A stretch of 59,536 nt of DNA from Raja brachyura. Taxonomy: Eukaryota. Positions 1 through 13,223 of the stretch are shown here, piece after piece. The position numbers and the translations under genes were made by a program. The notes under the pieces are model-generated. The model was not told the origin of the DNA and did not search any database. It saw only the letters and a program-made list of their open reading frames with translations. Every line of letters begins with the position of its first letter. Position 1 is the first letter of the stretch. The stretch covers positions 62,001 through 121,536 of the forward strand of contig CAUPSL010000102.1 of NCBI GenBank assembly GCA_963514005.1, written 5' to 3'.

Positions 1-547
1 GAGTCAATCGCACCTTGTTCGGTAGTTTGCACACTCGGTCTAATCTTACATGAGACTGGGCGGAAACGGGACAGTCAGCGACCGCGTGGGTGGAGTCGGA
101 GATGGTGGATTCAAACCCTTGCTGAGCCATGAGGCACAGCCTGGGGCAATTCAATTCAGTTTTATTTATCATGTGTAGGTTCACACAGGGTCAATGGTAC
201 AATGAAATGTGTTTGACAAGATGCTGCCCTGTTGTAGCTACTGTCTTTAGTTGTGATGAAACTGCTGACCTGAAGAGCATGTACCCTGAAGAGGAACTTG
301 TTTGGCTGCCTGAATATTGTTTGTCCTTCAGCAGTGTCACTGAAAGCGAATATCTTGTTGCTATCACGTTGCTGCCCGTGTGTGCTTGCTGTGTACATTT
401 GGCTTCCTGCATCACAACAGTGATGACACTTCCCTTGGCACCAAATGTCTACTGTAGCCTGTTGGCAAATATTCTTCAATTTCTATACTGTTACGTCGAT
501 AGGACAGGGGTGTTACATGGAGAGGATAGGTGTGGTACATGGATGGG

Positions 548-3276
548 ACATAGAAACAGAGAAATTAGGTGTAGGAGTAGGCCATTCGGCCCTTCGAGCC
601 TGCACCGCCATTCAATATGATCATGGCTGATCATCCAACTCAGTATCCCATACCTGCCTTCTCTCCATACCCTCTGATCCCCTTAGCCACAAGGGCCACA
701 TCTAACTCCCTCTTCAATAAAGCCAATGAGCTGGCCTCAACTACCCTCTGTGGCAGAGAGTTCCAGAGACTCACCACTCCCTGTGTGAAAAAAGTCTTTC
801 TCATCTCAGTCTTCAAGGATTTCCCCCTTATCCTTAAGCTGTGACCCCCTTGCCCTGGACTTCCCCAACATCGGGAACAATCTTCCTGCATCTAGCCTGT
901 CCAACCCCCTAAGAATTTTGTAAGTTTCTATAAGATCCCCTCTCAATCTCCTAAATTCTAGAGAGTATAAACCGAGTCTATCCAGTCTTTCTTCATAAGA
1001 CAATCCTGATCCCAGGAATCAGTCTGGTGAACCTTCTCTGCATTCTCTCTATGGCAATAATGTCCTTCCTCAGATTTGGAGACCAGAACTGTACGCAATA
1101 CTCCAGGTGTGGTCTCACCAAGACCCTGTACAACTGAAGTAGAACCTCCCTGCTCCTATACCCAAATTCTTTTGCTATGAAAGCTAACATACCATTCGCT
1201 TTCTTCACTGCCTGCTGCACCTGCATGCCTACTTTCAATGACTTGTGTACCATGACACCCAGGTCTCACTGCATCTCCCCTTTTCCTAATCGGCCACCAT
1301 TTAGATAATAGTTTGCTTTCCTGTTTTTGCCACCAAAGTGGATAACCTCACATTTATCCACATTATACTGCATCTGCCAAACATTTGCCCGCTCACCCAG
1401 CCTATCCACGTCACCTTGCAGTCTCCTAGCATCCTCCCCACAGCTAACACTGCCCCCCAGCTTAGTGTCATCCGCAAACTTGGAGATATTGCCTTCAATT
1501 CCCTCATCCAGATCATTAATATATATTGTAAATAGCTGGGGTCCCAGCACTGAGCCTTGCGGTACCCCACTAGTCGCCACCTGCCATTTGGAAAAGGACC
1601 CGTTTAGTCCTACTCTTTGCTTCCTGTTTGCCAGCCATTTCTCTATCCACATCAATACTGAACCCCCAATACCATTTGCTTTAAGTTTGTATGCTAATCT
1701 CTTATGTGGGATCATGTCGAAAGCCTTCTGGAAGTCCAGACACACCACATCCACTGGTTTTCCCTTATCCACGCTACTAGTTGCATCCTTGAAAAATTCC
1801 ACAAGATTCGTCAGACATGATTTACCTTTCATAAATCCATGCTGACTTTGTCTAATTATTTCACCACTTTCCAAATGTGCTGTTATCCCATCTTTAATAA
1901 CTGACTCTGGCAGTTTCCCCACTACCGATGTTAGACTAACTGGTCGGTAATTCCCCATTTTCTCTCTCCCTCTATTTATCCTTTCCCTATTTTCTATTTT
2001 CCCTTTCCTTATTAAGCCCTTTGACCTCCTCTGCTGGATTCTGAATTTCTCCCAGTCCTCCGGTAGGTTGCTTTTTCTGGCAAATTTGTATGCCTCATCT
2101 TTTGTTTTTATACTATCCCTGATTTCCCTTGTTATCCATGGATGCACCACCTTCCCCGATTTATTCTTTTGACAAACTGGTACTTTTGTACTTCATCCAT
2201 GCAGTCTTTAAATACCTTCCTTTGCACTGTCAACCCTTTGAGAATCACCTGCCAGTCTATCTTGGCCAATTCACGTCTCATACCTTCAAAGTTACCTTTG
2301 TTCAAGTTCAGAACCCTTGTTTCTGACTTAATTTTGTCACTCTCCATCCTAATGAAGAACTCAACCATATTATGGTCACTCTTGCCCAAGGGGCCACGCA
2401 CAACAAGACTGCTAACTAACCCTTCCTCATTACTCAATATCCAGTCTAGAATAGCCTGCTCTCTCGTTGGTTCCTCTACATGTTAGTTTAGAAAACTATC
2501 CCGCATACGTTCCAAAAAATCCTCTTCCTCAGCACCCCTGCCAATTTGATTCACCCAATCTATATGTAGATTGAAGTCACCCATTATAACTGTTTTGCCT
2601 TTGTCGCACGCATTTCTAATTTCCTGTTTGATACCTTCCCCAACTTCACTACTACTGTTAGGTGGCCTGTACACAACACCCACCAGCGTTTTCTGCCCCT
2701 TAGAGTTTCGCAGCTCTACCCATACCGATTCCACATGCTCCAAGCTAATGTCCTTCCTTTCCATTGCGTTAATCTCCTCTCTAACCAGCATCGCTACCCC
2801 ACCTCCTTTTCCTTTCTCTCTATCCCTCCTGAATATTGAATATCCCTGGATGTTCAGCTCCCAGCCTTGGCCACCCTGGAGCCATGTCTCCGTGATCCCA
2901 ACTATATCATACTCATTAATAGCTATCTGCACGTTCAACTCATCCACCTTATTACGAATACTCCTTGCACTGAGACACAAAGCCTTCAGGCTTGTTTTTA
3001 CAACGCTCTTACCCCTTATACAATTATGTTGAAAAGTGGCCCTTTATGATTTGTGCCCTGGTTTTGTCTGCCTGCCACTTTTACTTTTCACCTTGCTACC
3101 TATTGCTTCTACCCTCATTTTACACCCACCTGCCCCTCTGCTCTTGTACCCATCCCCCTGCCACATTAGTTTAAATCCTCCCCGACAGCACTAGCAAACA
3201 CTCCCCCAAGGACATTGGTTCCATTCCAGCCCAGGTACAGACCAGTTTGTACTGGTCCCACCTTCCCCAGAACTGG
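548..3276 (-). mobile_element. CR1 (HER1-type) LINE, 5'-truncated, degenerate (ORF1 end, APE endonuclease, RT with internal deletion, 3' UTR)
   Basis: Minus-strand ORFs carry CR1 motifs: endonuclease (ARSIRNK, VGITETWL, VIMGDFN), RT ([26 protein letters not shown]) and [21 protein letters not shown]-type tail at ~548. Confidence 0.93.
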
Positions 3277-3985
3277 GGACAGGTGTGGTACATGGATAGG
3301 ACAGGTGTGGTACATGGATAGGACAGGTGTGGTACATGGATAGGCCAGGTGTGGTACATGGATAGGCCAGGTGTGGTACATGGATAGGCCAGGTGTGGTA
3401 CATGGATAGGCCAGGTGTGGTACATGGATAGGCCAGGTGTGGTACATGGATAGGCCAGGTGTGGTACATGGAATGGACAGGTGTGGTACATGGATGGGAC
3501 AGGTGTGGTACATGGATGGGACAGGTGTGTTACATGAATAGGCCAGGTGTGGTACATGGATATGCCAGGTGTGGTACATGGATGGGACAGGTGTGTTACA
3601 TGGATAGGACGGGTGTGGTGCATGGATAGGACGGGTGTGTTACATGGATGGGACTGGTTTGGTACATGGATAGGACAGGTGTGGTACATGGATAGGACAT
3701 GTGTGGTACATGGATGGGACAGGTGTGGTACATGGATGGGACAGGTGTGGTGCATGGATGAGACAGGTGTGGTACATGGATAGGACAGGTATGGTACATG
3801 GATAGGGCAGGTGTGTCACATGGATAGGACAGGTGTGTCACATGGATAGGACAGGTGTGTCACATGGATAGGACAGGTGTGTCACATGGATAGGACAGGT
3901 GTGTCACATGGATAGGACAGGTGTGTCACATGGATAGGACAGGTGTGTCACATGGATAGGACAGGTGTGGTACATGGATAGGACA
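3277..3985. repeat. 22-bp minisatellite (GGACAGGTGTGGTACATGGATA)n, ~32 units; ~2 more units at 498-551
   Basis: Direct tandem units visible. The array runs into a CR1 3' end at ~3985-4100. Confidence 0.95.
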
Positions 3986-4513
3986 TGTTTGGAGGGATAT
4001 GGACCAAAGGCGGGCAGGTGGGACTACAGCTGGGACATGTTGCCCGGTGTGGGCAAGTTGGGCCGAATGACCCATTTCCACACAGTATCACTCTACGACT
4101 CTATGACTCTAATTATGTGCTGGCCATTTCCAATTGAACAGACGCACCAAGCATCTTCCCACCTCTCCCAATCTGCTCTCCCCATGAATGGTCTATTTAC
4201 ATTATTATACTGTCTGTTTCCATGGCATTCAGCAGCCTCTACTACACAGCTCCGTGTGGCGTGTGTTTCTGCAGAGTGGACACATCAGGCCTGTACTTGC
4301 CATTCACACACTAGCTGGCATTTCCCGTTTCAGATTTCCACCATCCACGGGGTCTTTCCCTGTCATTATCACCACAGTTCCAGCACTTAAAGCTGGGAAG
4401 AGTCTGCTTGCCTCACAATTCACCATTTCTATCTTAAATATTTAAACCTCTCATCACACTGATGATTACGGGTGGCATTTCAGATTCTGGATCAAAGTGT
4501 ACAACATTGCTGC

Positions 4514-6331
4514 CAGACACGTGCCGTCAGGATAGGCAAGGTAGGCACTGCCTACCCTGACTAAAATTATAGCATAGTAATAACTAAATATAAATAATAA
4601 AGGCATGGGAGAATGATGCCTATGTAAGAGACCGATCTCTTAGGTAGGCATAATTCTCCGTGCCTTTCATCCGCAGCGCTTGTAACACGGGAAGCTCTGT
4701 GCAGCCCACGTGCCGTCAGCGCTGCCTGAAGCCGTCAGTTTCAAGCGGGGCTGAAGGCAGCAGAAATTCTGCCTTTGCTGCACTGCACATGCGCATCAGT
4801 CTACTGCGCATGCGCAGAGCTAGTTTCTTGGCGGGGTTTTAAACTATGGTTTGTCGTGTACCAATAATGTGGTAAGTACATTTTGTGTTTATGTTTTTAA
4901 ATACTGTATTTCCCGGGGTGTGGGGGTGGGGGGAGAGATCCTTTCACAGCGTTTGAGGGGTCTGGCCCGGGGTAAAGTTGCGGGGAGGGCACGAATTTTA
5001 TGAATGAGGGGTCGGGAGCAGCCACTTGCGACGCTCCTTGCACGGGGGCATGCAATGCCACCGCTCTGAGGCCGGGGGGGGGGGGGGGGGGGAAGAGGAG
5101 AGAGAGAAGTAGCTCGGGTGGCTGAACGGCCGCCTTGCCGGACAGCGGAACCAGCCGCCACCAAATGCCGGCTGATCTATATCGGTGAGACCAAGCGGAG
5201 GCTTGCCGATCGTTTCGCCGAACACCTCCGCTCGGTCCGCAATAACCAACCCGACCTCCCGGTGGCTCAGCACTTCAACTCCCCCTCCCATTCCGTATCC
5301 GACCTCTCTGTCCTGGGCCTCCTCCACGGCCAGAGTGAGCAACACCGCAAGTTGGAGGAACAGCACCTCATATTCCGCTTGGGGAGTCTGCATCCTCTGG
5401 GCTTAAACATTGAATTTTCTCAATTTTGTTAACCCTTGCTGCCTCCTCCCCTTCCCACCTCTCCCTCAGCCCTCGGGCCCTGGCATTCCCTCTCTCTATC
5501 TCTCCCCCACCCAAGTCGCACTAGCTTCTCATTTTCACACTACAAACAGCTTACAATGGCCTGTTTCCTTTATCATCGATACTTTTTTGCATATCTTTCA
5601 TTCATTGTTCTTTATCTCTCCACATCACCGTCTATATCTCTCGTTTCCCTGATCCCTAGCCAGTCTGTAGAAGGGTTTCAGCCCGAAACGTCGCCTATCT
5701 CCTTCGCTCCTTAGATGCTGCTGCACCCGCTGAGTTTCTCCAGCCTTTTGTGTACCCCCGCCACCTTAGCTCCTTATGCCGGTCCCCGCTCACCTCTGGC
5801 AACTCTCCGTCTAAAAACCTCTCTCCTACCACTCGCTGGCCTCACTCATGCCCTTAAATTCCAACAGCGCGATTGAGGTTACTCGGCTGTGGGAATTTAA
5901 GGATTTGCAGGAAGCCGCTGACATGAGCTCGGTTAACGGCAGGTGACAGGTGTTCCGACGGAGAGCACTGCTAAAGGTGAGCGGGCCGGCAGAAGGCGCT
6001 GAAGGGGTGGCCAGTTCTGCTGAAGGGTCCCGGTGGCCGCTCATACCAGAGCTGCTTCTATCCCCAGCTACGGTGTGTGGCTTCGCGCCCTACTCAACAC
6101 TCGTGCCCTCCCCACAACTTTACCCCTGGCACAGACTACACACGCTGTGAAAGGAACTGTTCCCCCAATTGGTCTAGGACTAGGAAGCCTTGGGCAAATT
6201 GAAATGTCACTGTCTTTCTTTCTTTATTTATTTATTTCTTTAACGGGGAGAACAATCTGCGCATGCGCGGTTTAGTTTTTTTAAAGCGGACTGAGAGCCT
6301 ACCCTGAGTAATTACTCACGGCACGTGCCTG
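4514..6331. mobile_element. Non-autonomous hAT-type DNA transposon, copy 1 (contains a nested Penelope fragment)
   Basis: TIRs CAG(A/G)CACGTGCCGT...ACGGCACGTGCCTG. Perfect 8-bp TSD ATTGCTGC at 4506-4513 and 6332-6339. Homologous copies at 39310 and 40644. No transposase ORF seen. Confidence 0.88.
5163..5757 (+). mobile_element. Penelope-like element 3' fragment (GIY-YIG C-terminus + pLTR/3' UTR)
   Basis: CRLIYIGETKRRLADRFAEH...GLN motif. Flanked by duplicated CCGCCACC (5155-5162, 5758-5765). Absent from the other two hAT copies. Confidence 0.9.
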
Positions 6332-6785
6332 ATTGCTGCGTGTCTGGGAGTTACATGGATCACAGACTGGGGAAGGGCAGCAGCTTTGTTTCTTTAAAGG
6401 ACATTTTTCAACTTGCTGGATTCCTTGGTGTGCGGGAGAGTGAAGGCAGAGTGTTCTGTGTACCCCTGACCTGTGTAATTAGTGGGAAAGGAAAGACAAC
6501 GAGAATATGTGGCTATTGAACTGCAGAGGCTAGTTTATACCGAAGGCAGACACAAAATGCTGGAACAACTCACTGGGTCAGGCAGAAGAATAGGTGATGT
6601 TTCCGGTCGAAAATATATGCAGCAGCTTTTATTATGCATTGAATCTTTCATATGAGCAATGTATCCAGACCAATGATATTTGGAAGAGTTCCAAAATATA
6701 ACAAAAGAATCACAATTGCTTTCTTTAAATCGCCAGCAGGAAAGATTCGACAAATATTCTGAAACTTAACCATTGTATTTTCTAG

Positions 6786-7133
6786 AGGAGTTCGCTGTGA
6801 TTGTGCCAGACTATCCGGTGGTGGCCATGGTGGGTGGAGATGCCGTGTTGGAATGTCAGAAGGTACCGGATACATCACTGGACGCTCTGGAGGTCCGATG
6901 GTTTACAACGAGCCCGGGGTCACCGGTACATTTATACACCGGCGGCCAGGACTGACCTGAGGTGCAGGACGGGGCTTACCGAGGGAGGACGGAGCTTATT
7001 CGGGAAGAATTTCCCCGTGGAACCGCATCGCTTCAACTGAAGAGGGTCAAAGTATCAGATGCTGGAATGTACACGTGTTCCATCAGCACCCCCACGTCCA
7101 GTCACCAGGCGGCGCTGCGGCTGCAGGTTGAAG
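6786..7133 (+). pseudogene. BTN: Butyrophilin-like IgV exon, copy 1, with in-frame stop (TGA 6953-6955)
   Basis: 348-nt phase-1 exon, tctag|...GAAG|gtgag. BTN IgV motifs VVAMVGGDAVLEC, EVRWF, YRGRTEL, SDAGMYTC. GAC TGA here versus GAC CGA in copy 2. Confidence 0.9.
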
Positions 7134-7251
7134 GTGAGTTCCTCTGGAGGCATAGAGTTCACACCAGGGTTTACGCCGGGAATGTCAGTAAGCTGCCCCC
7201 CAGACTGGGATTTTACTGGGAAGGTGAAGTTTCTCCCTTGCTTTGAATTGT

Positions 7252-9017
7252 GGGAGAAATATAGGTCCGTTGCAGTCAGAAACAGGTGAATTGATCATGG
7301 GGAACAAGGACATGGCAGACCAATTGAATAACCACTTTGATTTTCTCTTCACTAAGGAAGACATAAGTAATCTGTCGGAAATAGCAGGGGACCGGGGGTC
7401 AAATGAGATGAAGGAACTGAGTGAAATCCAGGTGAGCCGGGAAGTGGTGTTAGGTAAATTGAATGGATTAAAGGCCGATAAATCCCCAGGGCCAAATAGG
7501 CTTCATCCCAGAGTACTTAAGGAAGTAGCCCCAGAAATAGTGGATGCATTAGTGATAATTTTTCAAAACTCTTTAGATTCTGGAGTAGTTCCTGAGGATT
7601 GGAGGGTAGCTAATGTAATCCCACTTTTTAAACAGTGAGGGAGAGAGAAAACGGGGAATTACAGACCAGTTACTCTAACATCGGTAGTGGGGGAAATGCT
7701 AGAGTCAGTTATTAAAGATGGGATAGCAGCACATTTGGAAAGTGGTGAAATCATTGGACAAAGTCAGCATGGATTTAAGAAAGGTAAATCATGTCTGACG
7801 AATCTTATATACTTTTTTGAGGATGTAACTAGTGGAGTGGATAAGGGAGAACCTGTGGATGTGTTATATCTGGACTTTCAGAAGGCTTTCAACAAGGTCC
7901 CACATAAGAGATTAGTATACAAACTTTAAACACACGGTATTGGGGGTTCAGTATTGATGTGGATAGAGAACTGGCTAGCAGACAGGAAGCAAAGAGCAGG
8001 AGTAAATGGGTCATTTTCAGAATGGCAGGCAGTGACGAGTGGGGTACCGCAAGGCTCAGTGTCGGGACCCCAGCTATTTACAATATATATTAATGATCTG
8101 GATGAGGGAATTGAATTCAACATGTCCAAATTTGCAGATGACACGAAGCTGGGGCGCTGTGTTAGCTGTGAGGAGGATGCTAGGAGGCTGCAAGGTGACT
8201 TGGATAGGTTGGGTGAGTGGGAAAATGCATGGCAGATGCAGTTTAATGTGGATAAATGCGAGGTTATCCACTTTGGTGGCAAAAACAGAAGGGTAGACTA
8301 TTATCTGAATGGTGACCGATTAGGAAAAGGGGAGATGCAACGAGACCTGGGTGTCATGGTACACCAGTCATTGAAAGTAGGCATGCAGGTGCAGCAGGCT
8401 GTGAAGAAAGCAAATTGTATGTTGGCATTTATAGCAAAAGGATTTGAGTACAAGAGCAGGGTAGTTCTACTGCAGTTGTACAGGATCTCCTGATCTGAGG
8501 AAATACATTCTTGCCATAGAGGGTGTACAGAGAATGTTCACCAGACTGATTCCTGGGATGGCAGGAATTCCATATGAAGAAAGACTGGATAGACTCGTCT
8601 TGTACTCGCTGGGATTTGGAAGATTGAGGGGGAATCTTATAGAGACTTACAAAATTCTTAAAGGTTTGGACAGGCAAGATGCAGGAAGATTGTTCCCAAT
8701 GTTGGGGAAGTCCAGAACAAGGCGTCACAGTTTAAGGTGAAGAGGGAAGTCTTTTAGGACCGAGATGAGAAAATCATTTTTCACACAGAGAGTGGTGTAT
8801 CTGTGGAACTCTCTGCCACAGAATGTAGTTGAGGCCAGTTCGTTGGCTATATTTAAGAGGGAGTTAGATGTGGCCCTTGTGTCTAAAGGGATCAGGGGGT
8901 ATCAGAAGGCAGGTACAGGATACTGAGTTGGATGATCAGCCGTGATCATATTGAATGGCGGTGCAGGCTCGAAGGGCAGAATGGCCTGCTCCTGCACCTA
9001 TTTTCTATGTTTCTATG
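7252..9017 (+). mobile_element. CR1 LINE, 5'-truncated, frameshifted RT
   Basis: KSPGP, PEDWRVANV, GVPQGSV, FADDTK motifs; TTTCTATG tail. Confidence 0.92.
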
Positions 9018-9762
9018 ATCTGGCCGCCATTGCTGTCCGGTCGCTGCCTCGCCGCGACCGCTGAAAACCAACGCAGAATCACTCCCTGACCCTAGATCTG
9101 GAGTAACTCCCTGGAGTAACTCTTGCTTCTGGTTTCCTGGTCCTCCATAATTATTCCAAATGGAATTTAAACTGGAGGTGGTGGGGGGCTGAACAATAAC
9201 AGCCTATTGCATTTTATCTGTTTATTTATTGAGTGTATATATGGTCAATGGTATATAAACACACTTTTATCTCCTGTTCTGTATTATGTTTACATATTCT
9301 GTTGTGCTGCAACAAGCAAGAATGTCATTGTCCTCTCTGGGACACATGACAATAAAACTCTCTTGACTCTTGCCTTGGACTTAAGCAAAAAAGGGTTCTT
9401 GGGATAAAACGAGGTACCTTAAATTTAGTTGCACCTGGTTGGGTACCTATGGTAGGGTGAAGACTATTCCATGCTTTAATTGTGCGGGGAATCTCCATGG
9501 AGCAGCCAGCAACTCTGGATAGAAGAAATTGTGTGACGTTTCGTGTTGAGGCCCTTCTTTAGACTCCCTCTGGGTTTAGTGTTTTTAGTTTAATTTAAAG
9601 ATACAGCATGGAAACAAGCCCTTCGGCCCACCGAGTCCACGCCGACCACCAATCACCCATACACTAGTTCTGTCCCACACAATAAGTCGAGAGTCAAGAG
9701 TGTTTTATTCTCTCACGTCCCAGTTAAAACAATGAAATCCTTACTTGCAGCAGCACATCAGG

Positions 9763-10182
9763 AACATAGAACATAGAACATATAGAAAAATAGGTGCAAG
9801 AGTAGGCCATTCGGCCCTTCGAGCCTGCACTGCCATTCAATGTGATCATGGCTGATGATCCCACTCCGTATCCCGTACCTGCCTTCTCTCCATACCCCCT
9901 GATCCCTTCAGCCACAAGTGCCACAGCTAACGCCCTCTTAAATATAGCCAATGAACTGGCCCTTCTGTGGCAGATAATTCCAGAGACTCGCCACTCTCTG
10001 TGTAAAGAATGTTTTCCTCATCTCGGTCTTATAGGAATTCCCCCTTATCCTTAGACTGTGACCCCTTGTTCTGGACTCCTCGAACATCGGGAACAATCTT
10101 CCAGCATCTAGCTTGTCCAACCCCTTAAGAATTTTGTAAGTTTCTATAAGATCCCCCCTCAATCTTCTAAATTCCAGCGAGT
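9763..10182 (-). mobile_element. CR1 LINE 3' fragment
   Basis: [18 protein letters not shown]...GIRGYGEKAG plus CATAGAA tail. Confidence 0.88.
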
Positions 10183-10816
10183 ATGTAAATATGTAAACAT
10201 AGTACTCTGTAAACAATGTTATAAATGAGAAAACAAAACTCTGTATATTTATATATGAATATATATAAATATGTGCATTTCTTTTTATGTGTGTGTGTAA
10301 TATATATAGACACATGCACAGAATTTCCCTCCTGGGATTAATAAAGTTCTCTCGTATAGTATCGTGTGTGTGTAGGAAGGAACTGCAGATGCTGGACATA
10401 GACACAAAACTGAAGATAGACACAAACAGCTGGAGTAACTCAACAGGTCAGACAGAATCTCTGGACAAGAGGAAAATATTACTTATTGGGTTGGGTCTGA
10501 AAGATTCGTGCACAACTTTGGAATGTGGAAGGAAACAAGAGCACCCGGAGAACACCCATGGGATCAAAGGGAAAAGGAGCTAACTCCATACAGACAGCAC
10601 CCATATTCAGGATCAATTCCGGGTCTCCGGCACTTTTAGGCAGCAACTTTATGGCCAATATACTGCCCCATAGTCTTGAACTTAATTAAAACATACAGTA
10701 GCTGTAAAGGGGGACAGAGCATCACTTGGAGATATAAGACTGAAAATTGATATTTTAATTGTTTTAGTAACCAAAGTTATCAACGTATAATTTTTTGTGT
10801 TGCAAAACAAAATATA

Positions 10817-11045
10817 GTGGCGCAGCTGGTGGACTTGCTGCCTCACACGCCAGAGATCTGTGTTCGATCCTGTCCTCGGGCACTGTCTGTGTTGAATTTG
10901 CACATTCTCCCTGCAAGCGTGTGGGTTTCCTCCCACATCCCAAAGATGCACTGGCTTTGTAGGTTAACTTGTCTGTGTGAAATTGCCCCTAATGTGTAGG
11001 GAGTTGGTGAGGAAAGTGGGATAATAGAACTTGTGTGAATGGGTA
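10817..11045 (+). mobile_element. HE1/V-SINE-like tRNA-derived SINE (related fragments at ~10505-10670 -, ~19725-19870 +, ~19900-20000 -, ~38630-38910 +)
   Basis: tRNA-like head (GTGGCGCAGCTGG...GTTCGATCC) and V-domain-like GTGGGTTTCCTCCCACATCCCAAAGA...GTAGGTTAA. Confidence 0.7.
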
Positions 11046-11139
11046 GAAAAAAATGCAGGACAAACACAGCAGGTGAGGCAGCACGAAATTTTGTTCAGAC
11101 CTTTCGGTCCGAACGACAATAAAGGTAGCATTTCATTTT

Positions 11140-11560
11140 ATTTCAGCATCTATGGAGCGAAGAAAATAGGCGACGTTTTGGGTCGAGACCCTTCTTCGAA
11201 CTGATGTGAGGGTGGGGGGGGGGGGGGGGGGGAAGAAGAAAGGAAGAGGCAGAAACAGTGGGCTGTGGGAGAGCTGGGAAGGGGAGGCGAAAGCAGGGAT
11301 TACCTGAAATTGAAGAAGTCAATGTTCATACCGCTGGGGTGTAAACTGCCCAAGCGAAATATCAGGTGCTGCTCCTCAATTTACGCTGGGCCTCACTCTG
11401 GCCATGGAAGAGGCCCAGGACAGAAAAGTCGGATTCTGAATGGGAGGGGGAGTTGAAGTGCTGAGCCACCGGGAGAAGAGGTTGGTTATTGCGAACTGGG
11501 TGGAGGTGTTGTGTGAAGCGATTGCCAAGCCTACGCTTCGTCTCACTGAGGTTGATCATC
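11140..11560 (-). mobile_element. Penelope-like 3' fragment
   Basis: ETKRRLGNRF...VAQHFNSPSHS on the minus strand, plus pLTR sequence. Confidence 0.82.
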
Positions 11561-11660
11561 CACTGAATAATCCAACCACAATTTTGTTTGGAAATGGAAA
11601 GAAATATTAGAAATATTTAGAAATATTAGAAATATTTAGAAATATTAGAAATAAAGAAAT

Positions 11661-13223
11661 ATCCCAGAGTACTCAAGGAGGTAGCCACAGAAATAGTGGA
11701 TGCATTAGTGATAATTTTTCAAAATTCCTTAGATTCTGGAGTAGTTCCTGAGGATTGGAGGGTAGCTAATGTAACCCCACTTTTTAAAAAAGGAGGGAGA
11801 GAGAAAGCGGGGAATTACAGACCAGTTAGTCTAACATCGGTAGTGGGGAAACTGCTAGAGTCAGTTATTAAAGATGGGATAGCAGCGCATTTGGAAAGTG
11901 GTGAAATCATTGGACAAAGTCAGCATGGATTTACGAAAGGTAAATCATGTCTGACAAATCTGATAGAATTTTTCGAGGATGTAACTAGTAGAGTGGATAA
12001 GGGAGAACCAGTGGATGTGTTATATCTAGACTTTCAGAAGGCTTTCGACAAGGTCCCGCATAAGAGATTAGCATACAAACTTAAAGCACACGGTATTGGG
12101 GGTTCAGTATTGATGTGGATAGAGAACTGGCTAGCAGACAGGAGGCAAAGGGTAGGAGTAAACGGGTCCTTTTCAGAATGGCAGGCAGTGACTAGTGGGG
12201 TGCCGCAAGGCTCAGTGCTGGGACCCCAGCTATTTACAATATATATTAATGATTTGGACGAGGGAATTCAATGCAACATCTCCAAATTTGCAGATGATAC
12301 CAAGCTGGGGGGTATAGTTAGGTGTGAGGAGGATGCTTGGAGGCTGCAGGGTGATTTGAATAGGCTGAGTGAATGGGCAGATGCATGGCAGATGCAGTAC
12401 AATGTGGATAAATGTGAGGTTATCCACTTTGGTGGCAAAAACATGAGGGTAGACTATTATCTGAATGGTGGCAGATTAGGTAAGGGGGAGATGCAACGAG
12501 ACCTGGGTGTCATGGTACACCAGTCATTGAAAGTAGGCATGCAGGTGCAGCAGGCAGTGAAGAAAGCAAATGGTATGTTAGCATTCATAGCGAAAGGATT
12601 TGAGTATAGGAGCAGGGAGGTTCTACTGCAGTTGTACAGGGTTTTGGTGAGGCCACACCTGGAGTACTGCGTACAGTTTTGGTCTCCAAATCTGAGGAAA
12701 GACATCCTTGCCATAGAGGGGGTACAGAGAAGATTCACCAGACTGATTCCTGGGATGTCAGGACTTTCATATGAGGAAAGATTGGATAGACTCGGTTTGT
12801 ACTCGATGGAATTTAGAAGATTGAGGGGGGATCTTATAGAAACCTACAAAATTCTTAAGGGGTTGGACAAGCTAGATGCTGGAAGATTGTTCCCGATGTT
12901 GGGGGAGTCCAGAACAAGGGGTCACAGTCTAAGGATAAGGGGGAATTCCTTTAGGACCGAAATGAGGAAAACATTCTTTACACAGAGAGTGGTGAGTCTC
13001 TGGAATTCTCTGCCACAGAAGGTAGTTGAGGCCAGTTCATTGGCTATATTTAAGAGGGCGTTAGATGTGGCACTTGTGGCTAAAGGGATCAGGGGGTATG
13101 GAGAGAAGGCAGGTACGGGATACTGAGTTGGATGATCAGCCATGATCACATTGAATGGCGGTGCAGGCTCGAAGGGCCGAATGGCCTACTCCTGCACCTA
13201 TTTTCTATGTTTCTATGTTTCTA
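11661..13223 (+). mobile_element. Young CR1 LINE, 5'-truncated, with uninterrupted 476-codon RT reading frame (11696-13126)
   Basis: Complete RT to C-terminus without stops ([27 protein letters not shown]); (TTTCTATG)n tail. Confidence 0.95.

Noticed and set aside
3166-3990. 22-bp array as a CRISPR array, or its His/Pro/Cys-rich ORFs as proteins
   Set aside because: Units are head-to-tail with no unique spacers, the context is eukaryotic, and the ORFs are by-products of the repeat.
3965-4450. BTN signal-peptide exon (MNGLFTLLYCLFPWHSAAS...)
   Set aside because: No convincing phase-1 donor follows it. The leader exon could not be located and may lie outside the window.
6953-6958. Programmed readthrough or selenocysteine at the IgV TGA
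   Set aside because: The paralog has CGA, so CpG deamination explains it. The context TGA CCT is not the TGA CTAG readthrough motif, and no SECIS was identified.
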